A DNA stretch of 64,000 nt, from contig NC_087437.1 in the NCBI RefSeq assembly GCF_036321535.1, forward strand, positions 5,394,001 to 5,458,000, in the 5' to 3' direction. The translations under genes were made by a program, and so were the position numbers. The stretch's first letter is position 1, and each line of letters begins with the position of its first letter. This document shows, piece after piece, positions 52,421 through 63,499 of the stretch. The notes under the pieces were generated by a model. The model worked only from the letters and a program-made list of their open reading frames with translations, searched no databases and had not been told where the DNA came from. The DNA comes from Camelus dromedarius. Taxonomy: Eukaryota.

Positions 52421-53527
52421 TTCGGGGTGGGGGAACCCCAGCAGGGCTCTGAGCAGAAGAGGGACGGGACCTGGAGAGGGGCGAGTAGAGGAGCTGGGAG
52501 ACCAGCTGGGGTTTTTCCAGGGTTTTCCTAACTTGTTTTGATGGACCTATGTCTACTTCATAGTCAGAAAACAACAGGTAATTCAATCAAAGAAAGCAGT
52601 GTGGGTACACAAGGCAGCAGAGAAACAAGGAAGGAGGCCAGGGGAACAGTTCAGAGAGGAGGGACGAAGCAGAAGGCGGCAGGAGGGCACGTGCTTCTGG
52701 AAGTTAACTCTTAAAAAAAGCTAAAAGTTCTCTTCTTAGTAATAAAAGAAATGTAACCACAGTGCAAAAAAAAAAAAAAATGAAAAAAAGAAAAAGAATT
52801 CCCCCATAATCTCAGCACCTGACAATCAGTATTTAACATTCTGCTGTATTTCCTTTCAATCTTGTTTCCCACAAATATAGATGGAGAGGACACTGCGGGC
52901 CATCCGAAAACCTAGTTTATGTGGTTCCCACTTGCAATTATTCCCCATTGGGCTTTCCCGTGTGCCAGTCTCCTCTCTGGCTGGGTAGGTAGCTTATGTA
53001 AACCAGGACCTGCTACCTGATTTCCCCACGACACCTCCCAACTCTCTGCACACAGTCGGTGCTCAGCAAATGCTCGGGATGAAAACACTGACCCGCACTT
53101 GCCAGTCACCCCGGGGCCACTGGGACGCTGGGGCGTGGCACAGCCAAGCCCAATGGACTAACAGTCTGGAAAGACACCGGCGGACAAGGGGTAGGGGGAT
53201 CTGGGGGGGACAGGCGGCTAATATGAGGTGATGGGCCGACTATCCTTCCCCACGTGGCTTCCAGGACGCAGAGTCTGCAAATGAGTTGGCCTGTGGGCCA
53301 AACTCAACCCACCCACTTGTGCTATTAGGCTCACACATGTTTTTAAATTTGTAACCACTTAAATGGGTTGCTAGCATTCAAAAAGTGAAAGATGTCACCT
53401 AAAAATCTGTATTTTTATTTCTGTAAGCAGTGCCTTCTAGACAGCCCTTTAGTTCCCTCCCCCACCAGCCCCCACCACTGAGCTGAGCCGCATCCCCGCC
53501 CAGCCCGGTGCTGAGCCCCATCCTCAC

Positions 53528-53672
53528 CAGCACTTAAGGTCGTGAAGTCCAGGAAGCGGTATTCATAGGACACGTCCACCTTGGTTTCCACCTGAGGCCT
53601 CTTCAACGTCGAATAGATGTTTCCAGGCCGTTTGTCATCACGTTTCTCCAACTTGTTCAATCCGCAACCCAT
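53528..53672 (-). CDS. RFTN1: Raftlin (lipid raft linker 1), first coding exon, 145 coding nt; the exon extends to 53680 with 8 nt of 5' UTR
   Basis: Translates MGCGLNKLEKRDDKRPGNIYSTLKRPQVETKVDVSYEYRFLDFTTLSA, the raftlin N-terminus with the Gly2/Cys3 acylation motif. The acceptor is T21-gctgacAG|CTGCTGAAATG (AG at 53682-53681) and the donor is G|GTGAGG at 53527 (phase 1). Confidence 0.97.
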
Positions 53673-56379
53673 TTCAGCAGCTGTCAGCAAAAAAAAAAAA
53701 AAAAAAAAAGAGGGGGATGATTTTTTTTCTCCGGAGGTGATGTTTTTAAACACCGTCGTAGAAAAGACCCCCATCATTTCCCTGAAGAACCCATGAAGAA
53801 CTCAGCCTTCCTGAAACCGAGAGTACAATTTAGCCTGCGGCCTGAACACCAGGGGATGGAAGCTCAGTACTCAGGCTGGCTCCGCTCACTGATAAGATAC
53901 CATTACCAGCCAGCCTGTGATTTTGAAATGACACCAGAAACATACCTGTTTTATATCATATTTTCCCTTATCTGGGGGAAATAATACCTCAGAGAGCCTC
54001 GGTTCCACTAGAACCCATATACAGGATTAAAAAATAGGATTTAAAAAGCAATAATGGGGCATTATGTTGTCAGCCCATCTGAAAAAAGAAAAAAAAAAAC
54101 GAGATGTGTCACTTGGCTGTGGTTGCTAAGAGAAGATAATGAGTTGTTGTTACAATTTCCAAACTCCCAAGTCCTGTCTACCCTGGACAGGAATCATTTA
54201 GACAGGAATTTACATTCCCCAGCCATTTCTAAAAGCAGATGGCGGTATTTTTATGGGCCTGGTCTAAAAGTCCCTGTGTATTCTTTTTTAGACCAAAGGT
54301 TTGCAGGGACAGGGTACGCGTCCAATCCTCAGGGAGGGTCGTTTCAGACCCATGAAGACTGGATGAACGCTAAGAGCAGGGCCGAAGACACTGGAAGCAG
54401 AAACCCATGTGTATCAGAGCACAGATCTGTGGCTACGGTATTGGAAGAAAATGGAGAAATGTGAAAAGAACGTGCACACGAGGGCGGGCCGGGAGTCCAG
54501 TCTTCAGGGGATTGAAGACAACGAGGGTTCTCTGTTTACTTAGGCAGAGTGACATTCATGAAATGCCGTCTTAGCCTCTCCCCAGACTTCAGTGGGAGAG
54601 AGCTGCCTTTTGAGCACTCAGCATGATCAATCTCTCCCTTCTCCGGGGCCCCTGTGCTGTTATCGGGACATATTTCACAAAATATTAACTGGCCAAGAAT
54701 ATCACCAACAGAAACGTGGTGGCCACTTCCTCTTCAAGATAAGAATTTCCTCCCGCTTGATCCATTCATAAGGTACCCGGCTTCCTACGGCAATTTGGCG
54801 AGTTCCAGAAAAAACAAGAGGAACCTCACAAAAGCCATGAGGCCGTGGAGGGAGGGGCATGGAAGAGGCTGGTGCAGGGACAGCCAGGCTATTCTTTTCA
54901 GTAATTAAAAAGAGTCTGGAAGGATGGATGAGAACAGGAAGGTTTACTTATGCCTTAATAAGGGAACATTAGTGTCCAAAGGGCCAGCGCAGACATGATT
55001 TATGTGCAATCTGCATGAACTGATTACTCGTAAAATACTCTGCAGTTCTGCAGATATAATAGCTGATATGTACAGAGGCTGCACACTTAACTGCTAAAAA
55101 GTAAGCCAGCTGGCATCACTGGGGCAAAGCAGGAGAGAAATGGGCAGGGAGGACCCTAAGTGCTGGGGATCAGGTAACCTGGTGAGACGAGTACTGTCAC
55201 TGCCGAAACAGAACTGGAAGTAACCCAGAGACTTTCCCAGTCACTCACTGGTCTTCCTCTCTATTAAGGTTTGAGTGTCTGGGGACTTCCTCAAAAATCT
55301 TCCCATTCTTGCTCTCCTCCTAAGTAAATTTCAGCATTAGAAATTCATTCCTTTGACAACACCCTATCTCGTATCACCTTTGAGTCTGCAAGTATCTCCC
55401 TGGGAAGGGCAACAAACCAAGCTCCTGGTAGCCATTAATACTTTAGTATGATTTAATTTCTTCTATCAAGGATAGGTTCACTGACAGCAGGAAAAAAAAA
55501 AAAGAGAGGATTCCAGGGATAAATATGAAAGACTCAGACAAATTTGGGGTTGGGGTGTATGCCAAAAAGTATTAGAAAAACTCCCAATTCATAACTTTGA
55601 ATTTAAGGTTTCAGACTATCTCAAACTTGAGGTCTCTGCCCAAATTCACCCCAAAGGGCACCACGTTTGTCTCACAGGACACGATGAGGCTCTGGGCAAA
55701 TCATCTATGTGATCAGACACAGTACCAGTCAGCCATACCAGCCAGGAACATAGCTGAATCCTTGAGGTCTCAAATTTTAGGGATTAATTTGTTTGGAGTG
55801 CATGCAACTCTGGTTAAGTAAATGCATCTAAAACACAGTTCCTCTGGGAAGAGAGGCATGCAGAGTCATCGCTAGCCACCCAAAGCTTAGTGTGAATGTG
55901 TTCCTCTTACTCATTCATGCAAGGGCCCTACCTTGCTTGCTACAGGCACACCCGTGTCCCTCCTGGTTCCCTCCTGCACTCTTCCACCAACCCCACCCCT
56001 GTCAAAACAGGAAAGACTTCTACATCACTTGAAAAATATCTACTGTAGTCCCTACTACGCTCAAACAAGTCAGTAAATCTAGCTTAGGAAAAGGAAAACA
56101 AAGATACAACAGTGCCTTCCAGGATGTTGTACATTTTGTAAACTTCACTATTGATGCTTTGAGGTTCCCAACCCCCGCTCATGTTAGAATCCCACAAGAA
56201 GTGGGGGCCAGGGCTGGGGCTGGGCCTCCGAGGGCAGTGAGAGGTGGAGGCAGAGGGAAGAGGGAAGGCACAGTCTCGCCCGATGCAGGCCGATGGTGCC
56301 CAGCGAGGCTGCACATCCTTATCGCAGACATTCAGTGCGTGTCTCAGCGGAGTCGAGGTCTCTAGTAGGGCAGAAGGTA

Positions 56380-56874
56380 AATGGTAAGCATGATGGGTTT
56401 TTTTTTAATATGGCTCTCAAAGGTAACACTCCTTCCATCGAGAGGTGGGGGTCTGCGTCACCTCCCCTGAATCTGGGCTCCTTGACTGCTTGCAACAGAA
56501 AGTGTTGGAATGATGCAGTGCCAGTTTCTGGACCCCAGCCTTGAGAAGCTGGGAGCATCCACTGCCCAACTCTTGGGACAGCTGCTCTTGGAACCCAGCC
56601 ACCATGCCATGAGGAAGCCCAAGTAGCCCCAAGGAGAGGCCATGTGGGGAGGAATGGACAGCCAGCACCAAGCTGCCAGCCATCGGGCCAGTGAGCCGTC
56701 TTGGAAGTCAAACCTCCGCCTCCGGCAAGCCGCTGACATCATGTGTGGCAGCAGAGACAGGCTGTTTCCACCAGACCCGCCAAGACGGCAGACTCTGGAG
56801 CAGAAGACGCCATTGTTACTGTTTTCAGCCTCTCATTTTGGTGTGACTGGTCATGTAATAATAGCTAATCTACA
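56380..56874 (+). mobile_element. MLT1 (H/G-like) MaLR LTR
   Basis: actccttccatcgagaggtgggggtctgcgtcacctcccctgaatctgggct...ggaacccagccaccatgccatgaggaagcccaag...gtaataatagctaatctaca. Confidence 0.8.
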
Positions 56875-57040
56875 CCCCGAGTTTGCTCCAAATGACCATG
56901 GCCAGCTGCCTCCCCGGCCGGGCACCAGCCTGCAGTCAGGGGCCTGCTTCAGCCGTTCACCCTTGGACGACATCTGAGATGTTTCCAGTTTAGGTTAATT
57001 CTGAATAAAGTGGCTATAAACATTCATGTGAGGATTTTTC

Positions 57041-57686
57041 TTAAATAAATTCTTTTTTTTTTAATTGAAGTATATAGTCAGTTTAAAATGTTGTATCAAT
57101 TTCCTGTTCACGGCCATCATGTTTCAGTCATCCGTATACATACATATATTCCTTTTCATATTCTCTTTCATTATAGGTTACTACAGGAATATTGGATATA
57201 GTTCCCTGTGCTACATATATATATATGTAGGACGTTTTTGTTTATCTATTTTATATATAGTAGTTAGTATCTGCAAATCTCAAACACCCAATTTATCCCT
57301 CCCCACCCCTTTCCCCTTCTGGTAACTATAGTTTGTTTTCTATGTCTATGAGTCTGTTTCTGTTTTGTAAATAAGTTCATTTGTGTCCTTTTAACTTTTT
57401 TTTACATTCCACATATGAGTGCTATCATATGGTATTTTTCTTTCTCTTTCTGGCTTACTTAACTTAGAATGATGATCTCCAGGTCCATCCATGTTGCTGC
57501 AAATAGCATTATTTCATTCTTTTTTATGGCTGAGTAGTATTCCACTGTATACATAGACCACAACTAAATATAATAATATACCCCAATGTTCACAGCAGCA
57601 CTATTACAATAGCCAAGACGTGGAAACAACCTAAATGTCCATAGACAGATGACTGGATAAAGAAGCAGTGGTATGTTTATACACAT
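57041..57686 (-). mobile_element. L1 3' end with inverted 5' segment (minus 57041-57565, plus 57581-57686), inserted into an older L1
   Basis: Poly-T and an antisense L1 3' UTR/ORF2 end, then a sense ccccaatgttcacagcagcac...aagaagcagtggtatgtttatacac segment. Confidence 0.88.
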
Positions 57687-58189
57687 GCAGATTTTTATGC
57701 AGACATAAGTTTTCATTTCTCTGGGGTAACACCCAGGAGTGCGATTGCTGAGTTGGACAGTAAGTGCAGGTCCTCCTCATGAATGACCCACTCAGGTGTC
57801 CAGACGCTGGCCTGGGAGAAGCCTGGTGGAAGGTGAGACCCTCTGGGAGCCCTGGGGTTAGAGCCCCTCTGCACCTGCTCACCCTGGGGCATTAGGTCCC
57901 TGGTGGGGTCATGACCAGTGGTACTGCTCCTGGCTACTTTTCCTTTTGTTGTGACTGTCTGTTTTGTAAAGAACACTTGCTAAAAATCACCCGTGTGCGA
58001 TGATATTTTCCCACTACTTCTCTATGGTCCATCCAACCCCTAGAGCTCTGCCCCTCCAAATTCCTACGGTCACTTGACATTGACACCTAAAGTAAACCAG
58101 GTGACCTTTTTTACGTGTGACTTCACTGCTCAATCAGCTTTGATTATTTTACAGTCATACAGAGATGTTTTTCCTCTTTTTATGTCTTT

Positions 58190-58306
58190 TTGGAGGGTAA
58201 TAAATTAGGTTTACTTATTTATTTTTTAGAGGAGGTCCTGGGGGTTGAACCCAGGACCTTGTGCATGCTAACCATTTGCTCTACCACTTGAGCTATACCT
58301 TCCCCC
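58190..58306 (-). mobile_element. Vic-1-like SINE, long-tail form
   Basis: aattaggtttacttattt...ggaggtcctgggggttgaacccaggaccttgtgcatgctaacc...gagctataccttccccc. TSD tcttttt(a/c)tgtcttt. Confidence 0.9.
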
Positions 58307-59553
58307 ACTTCTTTTTCTGTCTTTATCGTCCCAAAGGACATCCCTGCACCCATGCGTTTGGGTCTCTCTAGCATCAAGGCATCAAGAAAAATCATCCAAG
58401 AGGTCTTCAAAGGCAGAAAAAAGAAAGGAGTCCTTTCCCCATTCCTAGGGTGAGACAGTGGGAGAAGAGACCAAGAAATATACTTATAGTTCTCGAGCAG
58501 AAACTGGTTAAAAGTAATTAGGAACTGGAGGCTGATTAGGGAGGAAAATAAGGAAACCACTGGAAGGGTCTGAGGCCCAACTACACGGAGAGGACACTAG
58601 ACATTGCAAATGCCCCGTAAGTAAAGATCCTTCAGTGATGACATTCTGGAAAATCAATTCTTGCTGAATCAAACCTGGAAGGAGGCGTATCTTTGGTAGA
58701 AGGTGGGGCCAATTCATGCAGCCACCGTCAGTTCCACGGAGAAGGACTGTATGCTCCAAGATCTCACAGTCACTCATCCAACGCACATTTATTAAGGTCT
58801 GATTTGAGTCACGCCCTCAGTTAGGAAATATATAAGTGGAAAGACTCGGCTCTCCCCTCAAGGAGCTCACAGGTGACACTGAACAGATACACACGGGGCA
58901 GTGAGACTGGCTGTTGTAGAAGTCTGAGCAGAGCGCAGGACACACACAGGAAATCTCCATCATGGAAAACAGGGCTCATTGCCCTAGACTTGGCTCCAGA
59001 AAAGGTTGATCAGCAATAGGGCTCAATGCCATGGGCCACTTTAAATGTTGAAATGTTTACCTTTTGATTTTCAAAGTATTTCTAATTTGTTTTTAAAATA
59101 TTTCCCAAGATGCCCATAAAATCCTAAAAAACCACTTCAAAAAAGGATTACACCCTTAAAAGATTTTTTTTTTTCAGCTAGGGTTTAAAAAAAAAATCCC
59201 TCAGTTTAAAGGTTCTTTTTTATCATCAGTGAGCATGCACGTATTTAAATAATGGGGGCAATAAAAGTAGTTATATTTTCAAATACAAATTAGTTTCATT
59301 AAGAGTGAGCCCTCACTCACCACACTAGCTGCTAATCTGAGGGTGACGGTAAAGCTAATTTTAACTGCCAACAGCTCCAGACAAGCAGCCAGAGGTGGGG
59401 CAATGATATGCAACAATGCTGGATCAGCTGCTACACTTATCCTTTATTTCTACACTCAAATCCCACATGTGAAGATGTAAGTGTGTTTATTGCATCATTC
59501 AGGCACCCAAAGTAAGCACTGGTGATTCAAATCAAGAAGCTTCCACAGAGTCA

Positions 59554-59639
59554 AGGATGTAGCTCAGTGGTAGACTGCATGCTTAGCATGCACGAGGTCC
59601 TAGGTTCAATCCCCAGTACCTCCATTAAAAAAAAAAAAA
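59554..59639 (+). mobile_element. Vic-1-like SINE / tRNA-Ala(AGC) retrocopy, short form
   Basis: ggatgtagctcagtggtagactgcatgcttagcatgcacgaggtcctaggttcaatccccagtacctccatt followed by a poly-A tail rather than a pol III T-run. Confidence 0.88.
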
Positions 59640-60044
59640 GTTTTTACATGATAAGAACATCTCTCTCCACCCAGAAATGTAAATAAAACCCAAAAATCCA
59701 ATCAACCTTTCAGAATGCGTCAAATCTTGACATCCTACAAACCATCTAAGACAGAAGTCCCAGGAAAACTAAAACTGACCCCTTGGAAGTGTTCCTATTC
59801 CACACCAGGAAGAGGACAATCTACATGAAATGGGATTATTTCACGGTGCCACTTTTTAAAAAGTGCCTATGTGTGTATCAGTACATCAAAATCCACGTTC
59901 TTTCGTTAGCTGGCAAGACAGAGACCACAGCGTTCACAGAACTTTCCTCCGGGCCGTAAGGTCATGGGTAGCGTTTTCTTTATGGTTTTCTCTATATTTC
60001 AAGTTTTCTGTGCTGCATGTGCATTACTTTACTTTTCCAGCTGA

Positions 60045-60540
60045 AGACCACAAGGTGTATCACAGCCAGCCTCCAAGAGGGCCTTGGCTAACCCTCCTGG
60101 TGTGCACCCGTGGGCCCCTCCTCACTGAACAGGGCTGATCTGTGTAGCCAGGAGGATGTGGTGATGGATCAGCGTGATTTCCGAGGCGAAGCTGCAGGAG
60201 GTGCCATGGGCCCCACTCTGCTCTGTCTCGGCTCACTCACTCTGGGGGGAGCCAGCCCCCGTGTTGTGAGGACGCTGTATCAACCCCACAGAGAGGCCTC
60301 CACCCAACAGCCACGACCAACTCCACACCCAGGTGGGAGCAGACCCTCCGGCTCCAGGAAAAGCTTTCAGCCTGGCCTGCATCCTGATCGCAATCTCAAG
60401 AGAGACCCTGGGTCAGAACCACCCAGCTCAGCTGCTGCTGGATTTCTAGCTCACAGAAACCGTGGGAGAGAATAAATGTCTATGACTGTTTTCGGCGGCT
60501 AAGTCTGGGAGCCACGTGTCACACGGCAAAAGATAAGGCA
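60045..60540 (+). mobile_element. MLT1 (E/F-like) MaLR LTR
   Basis: cagccagcctccaagagggcc...accctcctggtgtgcaccc...ctctggggggagccagccccc...cagaaaccgtgggagagaataaatgtctatgactgttt...aaagataaggca. Confidence 0.78.
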
Positions 60541-61820
60541 CGTGGGAAGAATGTGTATTCTGTTTTCACAGACATAGAGAACAAACTTATGGTTACCAGG
60601 GTGAAAGGGGATAGAAAGGGATAAATGGGGAAATCGAAAATTGCACCTCTTGGGGAATGATGGAAATGTTAGCTGTCTTGATTGTGGTGGTGGTTTCGTG
60701 GGCATTTACAGCTATCAAAATTCATCAAAGTAGACATCTGAAATATGTGTAGTTTACTGTACAGGAACCATACCACAATACAGGGGTTAAAAAATAAAAT
60801 AAAATAAAGCTAAGGCAAACAAGGGGTCTTTACATTATCAAAAGAAAACACCTGCTTACCACCCCTCCCCACCCCACCCCACGTCTCGGTGGCATCTGAT
60901 CCAGACTTTCTCTCCAGCCAGCCTCTATCACGACCACCCTTAACTCAAAAGAGCCCGCACCCCACCCCCCGCCCAGAAGAACCTGCTACTCAGAGTGTGG
61001 TCCTCAGACCAACAGCCCTGGCACCACTGAATCCGCATTTCCACACGTGACTCACTCAAGTCCGAATCGCAGGAAAGCTGGAGCAGCCCTGGGCTGGGCT
61101 GTTCCCTACCCTGGATGCACGCTGCAATCATGGGAGAGATGTTTCGACGTCCTGATGCCCAGGCATTTGGGGGTGGGGCCCAAGCATCATTCTTTTAAGA
61201 TCGCCCTAAGTGTTTCTCACTGACATGCCAGGCGGAGACTCAACGCTCTCAGAGCAAACCCCGTCTTTTCCAACTCCTGACCCTCTCCGATCTCCTAACA
61301 CCCAGGCCCCAGAGGCCTGGGGTCTCTCTTAAGCTGCTGAGCTGGGGCTGAGAAGCACAGTCTAGAAGAACGTGGCCTCGCTCACCCCTGTGGTCCCACC
61401 CCCACCTATGAATCTCTCCGGACCTGACACTCTCCCTTCCCAGGCTCTCTGCTGCCCTCGCAAACACAAGCGCACCCCTAAATTCTACCCCAGCTTCCTG
61501 TCCTGCTCTCTTAAAATTACTTTCACTATAAACCATGCCAGACATATGAATAAGGAGAGAAAATGAGACATCTATGTACCCAGTACCCTGACTGAACAAA
61601 TTTTATTTGCTCACACTTTTTATTTTTGAAGAAATATGACTTTTGGGATGCAGCCCTCATGTGCCTCCCTTTGTCCCAGATCTTCTGTCTCTGTTCTTAC
61701 TCTTATACAAGGTACACATAACACCGAGAACAATTCCGGGTGAAGCTTCCGAGATTTCCAGGTCCGGACATCCCCAGTTCACAGCATCCCCAGGCTAAAA
61801 TCCACATCTCCAGTTCACTT

Positions 61821-61935
61821 GCTTTTTTTTTTTTGGTGTCTGGAATTTGCTTTTATGTAATTTTTTTCACTTTTTTTCATTGAGTAATAGTCATTTTACA
61901 ATGCTGCGTCAAATTCCAGTGTAGAGCACAATTTT
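61821..61935 (-). mobile_element. Severely truncated young L1 with apparent 26-nt 3' transduction
   Basis: Perfect 14-bp TSD tctccagttcactt at 61807-61820 and 61936-61949. L1 terminus cattgagtaatagtcattttacaatgctgcgtcaaattccagtgtagagcacaatttt is of the same family as 25297-25737. Confidence 0.88.
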
Positions 61936-63046
61936 TCTCCAGTTCACTTTATTAAGTAGTCAGGTCCAAACAACTCAGTAGCCTTTTGAAAGAACAGAAT
62001 ACACAAGGTGAAAGAAAAAAAACCTCTTCTCTCTTCACCCTTAAGTTCCCATAATTACTAATGGGCTGTGCGCATCTGTTTGGCACCAGGCAACATCTCA
62101 GAGCTGGGAATCCCATTGGACACCACCAGCCTCACTTCCTGTTCTGCAGTCATTTCCTTAGCGACCACCCAACATCCAGCCTTGCAAAGCTATGAAGTCA
62201 TCGCAAGGAAGGCGGGGCCCTCTGACGTGGATGTGTGCACTCCCTTGCGCTGGCTGTGAGTGTGGTGTCCAACATGGCAAGTATCACCATGCTTCCCTCT
62301 AAAACCTAAACCATCCCTTGCCGTAGCGCCCTGTGCAGTTTGGGAACCTCCCATATAGGGACTCGCTGTGTCATGGCTCAAAAACGTCACACAATTGCAT
62401 CATCTCCTCCTTTGCTATCAGAACCCCTCCTAGCCTGACTTCTCTCTGACTCTCACAGAACATGCTCACAGACCCATTTCAGCATCTTCACTTGGAACTT
62501 TCCCGGCACGTCTGGATGAATACACCCCAAAGAGAATGCAACATCCTGCCCTAAAGCCTGTCCTTCCTCCTGGGTTTCTGCGGGTGGTACCACTGCCCTC
62601 GATCTCATCCAGGCTCCAGACGCCAGGTATCAGCCTCCTCCTGCCACCATTCTCACCCTTGCAGCTAGCGGGGTGCCAAGCGCTGGGGACACTTCCCATC
62701 CCGCCACTGCCTCCTCCGGACTGTCGGCAGCCTTCCTCTCCCCCGGCTCCCCTGGTCTCTCATCCACCTGATGCCTAGCATCAGTGTTTGCCAGGTCCAC
62801 CATTCTGCACACACAAGTGGCTCAAAGAGCAGAAATCACACCTGCTGCCCAGCTTGGAGTCCTCAGCCTGGACCTCACCCACCCTCCCTCCTTCCCAGCC
62901 CTGCAGCCTCTGCTCCCTGCACGTACCCTGGAACCGGGCTGGGCTGAGCCAGTGCTGTCCTGCCTACACAGCAGGCTTCCAGACACCCTTCCTTTACCTC
63001 CACTTGACCCCCCGCCTGACACCCCTTTCCCTGCCATCTCCACCTT

Positions 63047-63493
63047 TTGTACTCAGGTCAGAGACACAGAACCAGGAGGATAGCGCGCACGTGCGCGTGT
63101 GTGTGTGTGAGAAGAAATCTACAGAGATCTATGGAGAGGGAAGTCAGGGCAGATTTGTTTAAAGGACTTGTTTTTGGGCTTGGCAGCTGGCCAGTCCAAA
63201 ATCTACAGGGCCGAATAGCAGCCCAAAAACCCAGGGAAGTGGTGATGGCAGACCCGAGTCCCAGGGCTGCCTAGAGGCAGAAATCCCTCCTTACTCCTCG
63301 GGAGACCGCAGTCCTTTCTCCTAAGTCCTCGGACTGGCTGGACGAAGTCCACTCATATTACGAAGGGTGACCTGCTTTACGAATTCAAACGTTAATCACA
63401 TCTTTCAAAATCCCCCGCAGCATCACTTCCACTGACTGCCATTTGAGCAGAAACCGCCGCCTAGCCAACCTGATACGTACAATTAACCATCAC
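63047..63493 (-). mobile_element. MLT2 (ERVL) solo LTR
   Basis: tgtactcagg...cagaaccaggagga with the internal (TG)n typical of MLT2, then ccagtccaaaatctacaggg...gttaatcacatct...cctagccaacctgatacgtacaattaaccatcac. Confidence 0.8.
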
Positions 63494-63499
63494 GCCCTC

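Larger units (their letters stand above)
2012..53527 (-). other. RFTN1: RFTN1 GT-AG intron, 51,516 bp, phase 1
   Basis: Bounded by the donor and acceptor above. The spliced reading frame is continuous (145+187 nt). Confidence 0.9.

Noticed and set aside
53415..53777. 120-aa ORF suggesting an N-terminally extended raftlin (MMGVF...FFFFFFLLTAAEMGCG)
   Set aside because: The extension runs through the T21 polypyrimidine tract and acceptor, and the C-terminal part runs past the donor. It is intron read-through and would remove the Gly2 myristoylation context.
59554..59639. Functional tRNA-Ala(AGC) gene (also applies to the other ten copies)
   Set aside because: Poly-A tails, TSDs at most copies, stem mismatches and no oligo-T terminator indicate SINE retrocopies rather than tRNA genes.
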